Source of the DNA: Bacteroidales bacterium
GTDB taxonomy: Bacteria; Bacteroidota; Bacteroidia; Bacteroidales; UBA932
Direction of reading: 5' to 3'
NCBI GenBank assembly: GCA_017557535.1
Contig: JAFYYM010000034.1
Span: 123,795-187,794, forward strand
Length of the DNA stretch: 64,000 nt
The translations under genes and the position numbers were made by a program. Positions 57,187 to 64,000 of this stretch are shown piece after piece; positions within the stretch are counted from its first letter, which is position 1; each line of letters begins with the position of its first letter. Under the pieces are notes generated by a model, which was not told the DNA's origin, made no database searches, and saw only the letters and a list, made by a program, of their open reading frames with translations.

Positions 57187-58622
57187 CAGAATTGGAAATA
57201 AATGAATGAGTTGTCGTTAGCTCCATAAACGCCGAGATAGAGTATGGAGAGAGCGACAACTATGTACACAGCCCAACGGAAAACTGTCGGGAAAGAGAGT
57301 ATCCTGTTCTCAAGACTCTTCTGGCTCCTTTCCGAAAGGACTTCCAATATCACAAGGCCTACTATGAGGATAAGTGAGAGGCGAAACTCGGCCACTCCCA
57401 TCCCACAGGTCTTCATCAGCCCGTCCCCGGAGAAACCCAACCCTGAGAAAACCGACATGGCATCTGAGAACGTCGCCGCCCGGAAAAACACGAGCGACAG
57501 GGCCCAGACAGAGAACACCAACAAGCAGGAAATGACCTTTGCGAAAGCTCCTTCCGGCTTCATATTGAATATCTTGCTGGTGAATACGAGGAACAGTCCA
57601 TTAATGCATCCCCAGATCACGAAATTCCATGATGCCCCATGCCATAGGCCACTCACGGCGAAAACAATCATGACATTCAGTATAGTCCTCAACTTCCCTT
57701 TCCTGTTGCCCCCAAGAGGGATGTACAGATAATCCATGAACCAGGATGTCAAGGTGATATGCCATCTTTTCCAGAATTCTTTGAAAGAAACTGCCAGATA
57801 CGGTCGCTTGAAGTTGTCATGGAGACGGAAACCAAAGAGTCTTGCCGTACCTATGGCGATCTGTGAATATGCTGAGAAGTCAAGATACAACTGGAAGGCG
57901 AAGAAAAGGACCGCCACGACTACAGGAAGCCCTTGGTGAGAAGCAGGTTCCGAATAGACAGTATCGACAAGGACAGCAAGCCTGTCCGCTATGACCATCT
58001 TCTTGAAGAGACCTATCGCTATCATCAACAACCCCCAACGGGCCTCTTCATAAATGAATTCCTTTTTCTCCGAGAACTGCGGAAGCAAATCCTTGGATCT
58101 CTCGATAGGGCCTGCTACCAACTGGGGGAAGAAAGATATGAAAGCAAAGAAGGCAATCGAATCCCTAGTGGGACTTGTTTTCTTGTAATAAATGTCCAGA
58201 ACATAACTCAACCCCTGGAAGGTGTAGAAACTGATACCCACCGGCAGGACTATGTCCAAGGGATTGAAGCCGGAACCATGTCCGGACAGGAATCCGAAAG
58301 CGGCCGCGAAACTCGCAGCGAAAAAATTGAAATACTTGAAAAAGCCCAATGCCCCGAGATTCAGGATGAGAGCGACGAGGAGTATCCCCTTGCCGCTCTC
58401 CCCCATATCCTGCTTCCTTCTGATGTACATTCCGGAGAAATAGTCGACCGCTGAGATCCCGGCGATCAGTGGAAGAAGTCTCCAATTCCACCACCCATAG
58501 AAGAAATAGCTGGCGATCAGGAGAAAGATATTCCTATAACCTACGTTCTTTCTGAAGAAAGTCCAGTAAAGAACGTAGGTTATAATAAGGAATATCCCGA
58601 AAGTCAGGGAATTGAAAAGCAT
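57186..58622 (-). CDS. MBOAT family O-acyltransferase (AlgI/DltB-like)
   Basis: LPVGISFYTFQ, FPQLVAGPIER, DFSAYS, FWKRWHITL, SGLWHGA. Confidence 0.92.
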   Translation of the reverse strand: MLFNSLTFGIFLIITYVLYWTFFRKNVGYRNIFLLIASYFFYGWWNWRLLPLIAGISAVDYFSGMYIRRKQDMGESGKGILLVALILNLGALGFFKYFNFFAASFAAAFGFLSGHGSGFNPLDIVLPVGISFYTFQGLSYVLDIYYKKTSPTRDSIAFFAFISFFPQLVAGPIERSKDLLPQFSEKKEFIYEEARWGLLMIAIGLFKKMVIADRLAVLVDTVYSEPASHQGLPVVVAVLFFAFQLYLDFSAYSQIAIGTARLFGFRLHDNFKRPYLAVSFKEFWKRWHITLTSWFMDYLYIPLGGNRKGKLRTILNVMIVFAVSGLWHGASWNFVIWGCINGLFLVFTSKIFNMKPEGAFAKVISCLLVFSVWALSLVFFRAATFSDAMSVFSGLGFSGDGLMKTCGMGVAEFRLSLILIVGLVILEVLSERSQKSLENRILSFPTVFRWAVYIVVALSILYLGVYGANDNSFIYFQF

Positions 58623-58623
58623 G

Positions 58624-59586
58624 CTACCAGGCTAGTGCGGATGCACCGAGGATGGCGGCGTCTGACTCCTTTAGAGCTGAATAGACCAACTTGACCTTAC
58701 CTCTCCACAAAGGAAGGACATTGGCATTCATCGACCTCTCGATAGGCTCGGTCAAGAACTCCTTGCTCTTAGCCATACCTCCAAACAGAACAATGGCCTC
58801 AGGAGAGGAGAACTCGATAAAGTCAGCGAATGCCATTCCGAGCATGGTGCCTGTGTAGTCAAATAGCTTCAAGGCGATAGCGTCACCTTCTTTAGCGGCC
58901 TCGTAAATGTCCTTGGCGGTAATCTTGTCAAGCTTCCTCAAGAGAGAAGGCTCATCCGTCATATCCAGCCACTCACGAGCTGTCCTGGCGATACCTATAG
59001 CTGAGCAATATGCTTCAAGACAACCGTTCTTACCGCAGTTGCACAAACGGCCGTTATTACGGACAAGTGTCGTGTGGCCAAGCTCTCCGGCGAAACCATC
59101 ATGTCCGTAAACCATCTCTCCGTTGATCACAATACCGCTTCCGACTCCGGTGCCCAAGGTGATCATGATGAAATTCTTCATTCCCCTGGCAGCTCCATAG
59201 GTCATCTCACCCATGGCGGCAGCGTTGGCGTCATTAGTCAGGGTCACAGGAATACCACCCATGGCATCCTTCAGCAGGGCCGCGAAATGAATGGATCCGG
59301 AGCGTCCCCATGAGAGATTCACGGCATTCTCGATGTCACCCGTGTAATAATTGGCATTAGGAGCACCCACACCGATACCACGGATCTTGCCCTCAGCGCC
59401 CACCTCCGCGATGAGCTTCTTCAATGCCTCTGCCAGTTCGGCGATATAGGGTTCCACTGTGCCATGGCTGTCTGTCCTTATAACAGTCTGCGCCACCACT
59501 GTGCCACGGGTGTCCACAATACCACACTTGGACGTCTGTCCACCTACATCGACACCAATAACGAGGTTCTGATCAAAATTCTCCAT
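58624..59586 (-). CDS. ROK family sugar kinase (glucokinase)
   Basis: GVDVGG, NDANAAA, TLGTGVGSG, GELGH, CNCG..GCLE. Confidence 0.92.
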   Translation of the reverse strand: MENFDQNLVIGVDVGGQTSKCGIVDTRGTVVAQTVIRTDSHGTVEPYIAELAEALKKLIAEVGAEGKIRGIGVGAPNANYYTGDIENAVNLSWGRSGSIHFAALLKDAMGGIPVTLTNDANAAAMGEMTYGAARGMKNFIMITLGTGVGSGIVINGEMVYGHDGFAGELGHTTLVRNNGRLCNCGKNGCLEAYCSAIGIARTAREWLDMTDEPSLLRKLDKITAKDIYEAAKEGDAIALKLFDYTGTMLGMAFADFIEFSSPEAIVLFGGMAKSKEFLTEPIERSMNANVLPLWRGKVKLVYSALKESDAAILGASALAW

Positions 59587-59602
59587 CGCAAGTCACTGTT
59601 TA

Positions 59603-60889
59603 TTAGTCAACGGGTATGTCCTTATTGACATTCTTGCAACCGACAAGGGCATAGTAGAGGAGGTAGCAGAGCATCGCGATGACGAGCCAGTAGCTGTTCA
59701 TGTAACCGGCGCCCTTGGCGATGAAGTCCTGGATGAACGGCATGATACCACCACCAACGACAAGCATCATGAATATTCCGGAAGCGGCCTCGGTGTATTT
59801 GCCGAGTCCCTCAACGGCCAGGTTGAAGATAGCTCCCCACATGAGGGAAGTGCAAAGACCGCAAAGAACGAGGAACAAGCAGCTGAGAGGAACCTGGAAC
59901 ATAGAGAATCCTTCGGCGGCGCTGTAACCAGGCATATTGATGGTGACGCTCTTAGGGATGAAAATCGCGATGAGAACAAGGACAATAGCCAAAGACGTCA
60001 CTGAAATCATCTGGGTCCTTGTGCTGACCTTGCCAGAAATGAATGTGCTGCAAAGACGTCCGACCATCATAAGCAGCCAATAGATTGCCGCGATAGCGCC
60101 TCCAATAGCGGCGGCTCCTGCGAATCCGGCAGGGAAAGCGCCCTTACCGGTGGCATCGGCCAGGTAGAAGTTGACCTGTGAAGGGATACCGATCTCAATA
60201 CCCACATAGAAGAAGATAGCTATGGCGCCGAGAACGAAGTGGCGGAAATTCCATGCGCTGTGTTCATAGACTGTGGCGTTACGCTCCTTGGCAGGCTCCG
60301 GAATCTTCAGGAGGGAAATGATAATGAAAGCCAAGGCGAAGACACCCATCGCGATGAAGAGCAGGGGAGCCACATCAGACATCGAAGTGCTGGCGGTAAC
60401 AGTACCGATGAGAGCACCGACGAGGAGCGGAGTGAGAGTACCGGTCAATGAGTTCAGGGTTCCACCGATCTGGATGTACTGGTTACCCTTGTTGCCACCG
60501 CCGCCCAGGATGTTGAGCATAGGGTTCACAACGGTGTTGAGCATGCAGACGCAGAATCCGCAGACAAAAGCACCGAGAAGGTAGACATAAATGGCGGAAC
60601 CACCTCCGACCTTGCTGGAAAGCCACTGGATGACGACGCCGATGAAACCGGTGGCGAGAGCGACCAACGTAGTGTTCTTGTAACCGATCTTAAGGAGCAT
60701 CTTACCCGCGGGAATACCCATGAATAGGTAAGCCACGAAGTTCATCAGGTTTCCGGCCATCTTGGACCAAGGATACTGGTTACCCCAGATGTTGCCGAAC
60801 GGGGCGGCCATGTTGGTGACAAATGAAATCATCGCGAAGATGAAGCACATTGTCACGATTGCCACCATGTTAGTTTTTTTCTTTTCCAT
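59603..60889 (-). CDS. MFS sugar transporter (FucP/GluP-like)
   Basis: About 12 TM; LNTVVNP, FFYVGIEIG, SLMWG, VVGGG. Confidence 0.85.
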   Translation of the reverse strand: MEKKKTNMVAIVTMCFIFAMISFVTNMAAPFGNIWGNQYPWSKMAGNLMNFVAYLFMGIPAGKMLLKIGYKNTTLVALATGFIGVVIQWLSSKVGGGSAIYVYLLGAFVCGFCVCMLNTVVNPMLNILGGGGNKGNQYIQIGGTLNSLTGTLTPLLVGALIGTVTASTSMSDVAPLLFIAMGVFALAFIIISLLKIPEPAKERNATVYEHSAWNFRHFVLGAIAIFFYVGIEIGIPSQVNFYLADATGKGAFPAGFAGAAAIGGAIAAIYWLLMMVGRLCSTFISGKVSTRTQMISVTSLAIVLVLIAIFIPKSVTINMPGYSAAEGFSMFQVPLSCLFLVLCGLCTSLMWGAIFNLAVEGLGKYTEAASGIFMMLVVGGGIMPFIQDFIAKGAGYMNSYWLVIAMLCYLLYYALVGCKNVNKDIPVD

Positions 60890-60941
60890 GTGTGATTGAT
60901 TTATGTTGTTAGTTTAATGTGTCCATTGGTGGTACATTACA

Positions 60942-60949
60942 CAAAGCTA
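60942..60949 (-). promoter_or_regulatory. -7 box for MFS-ROK operon
   Basis: TAGCTTTG on minus strand. Confidence 0.5.
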
Positions 60950-60994
60950 AGAAAAAAACACGAAATTTGAACCGTAAGGAAATAATTCTTTAAT

Positions 60995-61028
60995 AAAAAG
61001 GGCCGGCGCTTTCCCCAAAGCGTCGGCC
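60995..61028 (-). terminator. Intrinsic terminator
   Basis: Minus GGCCGACGCTTT-GGGG-AAAGCGCCGGCC (11/12 paired) followed by CTTTTT. Confidence 0.75.
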
Positions 61029-61084
61029 TGTTGTATATAAAACGAACTTAACAAATAGACAACAAAAAGAACTTTTGTCTGTCT
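60995..61084 (-). ncRNA. Candidate ~90-nt small RNA
   Basis: Consensus promoter upstream, 5' hairpin at predicted start, terminator at 3' end, no ATG. Confidence 0.5.
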
Positions 61085-61089
61085 GGGGG

Positions 61090-61120
61090 CAAATATATCA
61101 AGAAAAACTCAATTTGCAAA
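61090..61120 (-). promoter_or_regulatory. Full Bacteroidota promoter (-33/-7)
   Basis: TTTG (61120-61117), 19-nt spacer, TATATTTG (61097-61090). Confidence 0.7.
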
Positions 61121-61200
61121 TTATTTTTATTAATATTTTAAAACGATTTGGTTAAAACTTATTAAAATTAGCAACGTTTTTTCTTTAAAATTTTAACAAA

Positions 61201-62112
61201 TCAACCATTCCTGTACTCGCTGGGCGTCATCCCTGTCTGAGCCTTGAAAAACTTGTAAAAGACGGAGGCGTTCACAAAGTTCAGCTTATAGACGATCTCC
61301 TTTATGCTCTCATCTGTGTACTTGAGCATGCTCTTGGCTTCCTGGATGACGAAAGAGTCTATCCACTCCGGAGCGGAACGACCGCTGACCTGTTTAATCA
61401 ACCTTGACAGATACTTTGGAGTCATCCCGAGACGTTGGGCGTAAAAGGCCATGCCTCGCTCGGATGTGTGGAACTCGGAGACAAGTGACATGAATCTCTC
61501 GAAGAGTAAATTGAGGCGGGTCTGGGAGGTTTTACTTCCTTCCAGGGACTTTGCCGAGCTTTTCTTTATCAACCCGGACAAGACATATAAAAGGGACTCC
61601 ACCAAAGGCTCCACTACCTCATTCTTCCCCTGTATATCAGATTTTATCACCTCTTTTATAAGATGGAAGTAATGGGAGCAGAAGAAAACCTCCAATTCTC
61701 CGAGTTTAACGCGGGGATCATGTAAAAACAACAGGTGGGAATCAAACAATCTCGCGAAATCAAACCTGAGGTCGGAAATGAAACTCCTGGACACGGCGAA
61801 TGTCACAATTCGACCCGAAGGGGAATCTGCTTGGTGGGAAGGTTCGATTTTAATGATGTTGCCAGGGATACAGAACGTCAAAGACCTGTCCTCGATGTGG
61901 TACTTCTTCAAATTGATCTCAACGTCAAATCCTCCCCTCTCGCAAAAGATCACCAAAAACGCATCTGCCCGGAAAGGATACCTGAGAAATCCATGGGCAC
62001 TGCTATCATTGATATCAACGATGAAAAAATCATCTCCTATATGGATATCTTCTCCCGGTGGCAGAAACTTCTTGATCTGCGCCAAGCCTATATTCTGTAA
62101 CGTATCACTCAT
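61201..62112 (-). CDS. AraC family transcriptional regulator
   Basis: C-terminal double HTH (FYAQRLGMTPKYLS...IKEI..LNF...FYKFFKAQTGMTPSEYR); divergent from TolC. Confidence 0.9.
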   Translation of the reverse strand: MSDTLQNIGLAQIKKFLPPGEDIHIGDDFFIVDINDSSAHGFLRYPFRADAFLVIFCERGGFDVEINLKKYHIEDRSLTFCIPGNIIKIEPSHQADSPSGRIVTFAVSRSFISDLRFDFARLFDSHLLFLHDPRVKLGELEVFFCSHYFHLIKEVIKSDIQGKNEVVEPLVESLLYVLSGLIKKSSAKSLEGSKTSQTRLNLLFERFMSLVSEFHTSERGMAFYAQRLGMTPKYLSRLIKQVSGRSAPEWIDSFVIQEAKSMLKYTDESIKEIVYKLNFVNASVFYKFFKAQTGMTPSEYRNG

Positions 62113-62274
62113 GTATGCAATTTAACACAAATCTTTCAGAGTATTCGCAATAATGGACAAAATTCGACCTTTTGATAATAGAATCCACCATTATTAAGAT
62201 AATTATGGGCAGTTTGGCAACTATTTTGCAACATCGACCGTCGCCAACAAAGAGAATAGTAATATATAATATTT

Positions 62275-63819
62275 ATGAAAAAAATACTGATCACATTCCT
62301 GGCAGCGACTTCCCTATCATGTGCCGTGACCATGGCGCAAACAGTCTTATCGCTGGATGAGTGCCGCGAGATGGCGGTCAAGAGCGACAACGAGCTTGAA
62401 CAGGCCAGGACAAAGATGGAGATGGCCGGGTATGACAGGAAGATAGCCAGGGCTAATTATTTTCCGAACGTATCCGCCACCGGAGCTTACCTTTACAACC
62501 CGAATGATGTGTCAATCATAAGTGACGCCACATCAGCCACACTCACAAACATGGGGACAACCATCCACGGGATGTCGCAGCAGTACCAACAGAAAGTGAT
62601 GTCGGACATAACCGCATACATCCAGCAATTAGCCGCGACCGACCCTGCCAGCGCGATGAAATACATGCAGTTGATGCAGGATCCCCTTCTTCAGATGTTG
62701 ATAGGGAAACTCCAATCCACTGACTTATCAGCCACAATTAACGCCATCGGGCAAGAAATTGATGACGCTTTGCACCCTGATCTCGAAAACATACTGGTCG
62801 GATCTGTTACTGTCCAGCAGCCAATATTCATGGGAGGGAAAATCGTGGCTGCCAACAAGATTGCCAAATTGGCAGAACAATTGTCAGAGGCGAGGTACGA
62901 TCAGCAGTACCAGCAGACTATAGTTGACGTGGACCAGGCATATTGGCAAATCGTCTCAATCGCCGCTAAGAAGAAACTGGCTGATTCTTATGCCGACCTG
63001 CTTCACAGCATGGAGCATGATGCGGATATCGCTGTGAAAGAAGGTGTCGCGACAGAATCTGACGCTCTTCAGATCAAGGTTAAGGCAAACGAGGCCGACA
63101 TGCTCAGGACAAAATCCGAAAATGGGCTGACCCTGGCCAAGATGCTGCTTTGCAAGAGGATAGGAATGCCGCTTGACTCGGAAATCACTCTCGCTGATGA
63201 GGGCCTCGACAATATTCCTGTCGCCAGGATCGAGTCCGGAAAAAGCATGGATGAGATATTCGCTGACAGACCCGAGACTAGAAGTCTTGAGCTCGCTTCG
63301 AGAATATATGACAAGAAAGTCGCTGTCGCCAGGGCTGACATGCTTCCGAAAGTAGCCGCCATGGGAGGCTACATGATCTCCAACCCTAGCCTCAAGAATG
63401 GCTTTGAGAAGCAATGGAACGGATACTGGGGAGTGGGAGTCGTGGTCAATGTGCCGATATTCCATGGCTTCGAAGCCCTCAACAAGACCCGTAAGGCTAA
63501 GGCCGAAGCCACTCTGTACCGTAGCCAACTGGAAGATGCCAAGGAATTGATCAATCTCCAGGTGACTCAGTTGCGAAAGCAGGAGACAGAGGCTCTTGAG
63601 AAACTTGGAATGGCTGAGAGCAACCTCTCGAGCGCGGAGGAGAATCTCCGTTCCGCGACTATCGGATTCAACGAGGGCGTGATCACAGCCAACACTGCCA
63701 TGGCAGCCCAGACAGCGTGGCTCCAGGCTCATTCCGAATACATCGATGCGGGAATCGAGCTTCAAATGCTCGCCTCCAACATTGACAAGGCGGAAGGGAA
63801 CCACAAACCAATACAATAA
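62275..63819 (+). CDS. TolC family outer-membrane efflux protein
   Basis: Signal peptide; LSLDECRE, QPIFMGGK, VNVPIFHG helical repeats. Confidence 0.88.
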   Translation: MKKILITFLAATSLSCAVTMAQTVLSLDECREMAVKSDNELEQARTKMEMAGYDRKIARANYFPNVSATGAYLYNPNDVSIISDATSATLTNMGTTIHGMSQQYQQKVMSDITAYIQQLAATDPASAMKYMQLMQDPLLQMLIGKLQSTDLSATINAIGQEIDDALHPDLENILVGSVTVQQPIFMGGKIVAANKIAKLAEQLSEARYDQQYQQTIVDVDQAYWQIVSIAAKKKLADSYADLLHSMEHDADIAVKEGVATESDALQIKVKANEADMLRTKSENGLTLAKMLLCKRIGMPLDSEITLADEGLDNIPVARIESGKSMDEIFADRPETRSLELASRIYDKKVAVARADMLPKVAAMGGYMISNPSLKNGFEKQWNGYWGVGVVVNVPIFHGFEALNKTRKAKAEATLYRSQLEDAKELINLQVTQLRKQETEALEKLGMAESNLSSAEENLRSATIGFNEGVITANTAMAAQTAWLQAHSEYIDAGIELQMLASNIDKAEGNHKPIQ

Positions 63820-63842
63820 GGAAATAATAAAAAATCAATATC

Positions 63843-64000
63843 ATGGAAAAGCAAAAGAAAAGCTACAATCTCGTGATCGGGATAGCCGCCCTGATCGCGA
63901 TAATCCTGGCTATCGCTATTATCGGCTACTTTGTCTCAAAACCCAAGCCACTGGTTATCCAAGGTGAGGCGGAAGCAAGCGAGTACAGGGTGTCCGGCAA
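63843..64000 (+). CDS. HlyD-family efflux adaptor, 3'-truncated by the window edge
   Basis: MEKQKKSYNLVIGIAALIAIILAIAIIGYFVSKPKPLVIQGEAEASEYRVSG; TM followed by QGEAE..EYRVS; follows TolC. Confidence 0.75.
   Translation, partial: MEKQKKSYNLVIGIAALIAIILAIAIIGYFVSKPKPLVIQGEAEASEYRVSG

Noticed and set aside
559-63816. Long overlapping alternative-frame or antisense ORFs (e.g. 559-1389, 8062-9120, 21455-22489, 25610-26503, 26388-27248, 28635-29462, 39721-40560, 46960-47910, 62956-63816)
   Set aside because: They shadow well-supported genes, have no recognisable motifs, and are expected from codon bias in GC-rich coding DNA.
1-64000. CRISPR array, rRNA, tRNA, prophage, transposase or integrase
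   Set aside because: No regularly spaced repeats or diagnostic motifs seen by eye; the window is almost fully covered by identifiable CDSs.

Overview
64-kb, gene-dense chromosomal window from a Bacteroidota organism, most likely Bacteroidales (inferred from recurrent TAnnTTTG/TTTG promoters, no obvious Shine-Dalgarno sites at the starts inspected, and gene content). It carries housekeeping genes (cmk, ispH, efp, dnaX, lptB, serC/serA, pyrB, miaA, recQ, dnaG, metG, uvrA), a seven-gene L-arabinose operon (GH127, galM, SSS transporter, araD, araA, araB, GH43), stand-alone GH29, GH109 and GH53 lipoproteins, an MBOAT/SGNH pair, a ROK kinase/MFS pair and the start of an AraC-TolC-HlyD efflux locus. 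I saw no rRNA, tRNA, CRISPR array, transposase or integrase. Four things stand out. (1) Palindromic DNA elements sit in-frame inside ispH, dnaX, dnaG and metG; one 83-nt hairpin occurs in both dnaG and metG in the same frame with a compensatory base-pair change. (2) A tightly coupled six-gene operon joins a small alarmone synthetase, a small alarmone hydrolase, an APH-fold kinase, a Cache-PP2C-RsbW fusion, a STAS protein and a K+/H+ antiporter. (3) A candidate ~90-nt sRNA has a full consensus promoter and terminator at 60995-61084. (4) Seven genes have the -7 promoter box only 4-6 nt before the ATG, suggesting leaderless mRNAs. All family assignments come from motif recognition by eye, not database searches.
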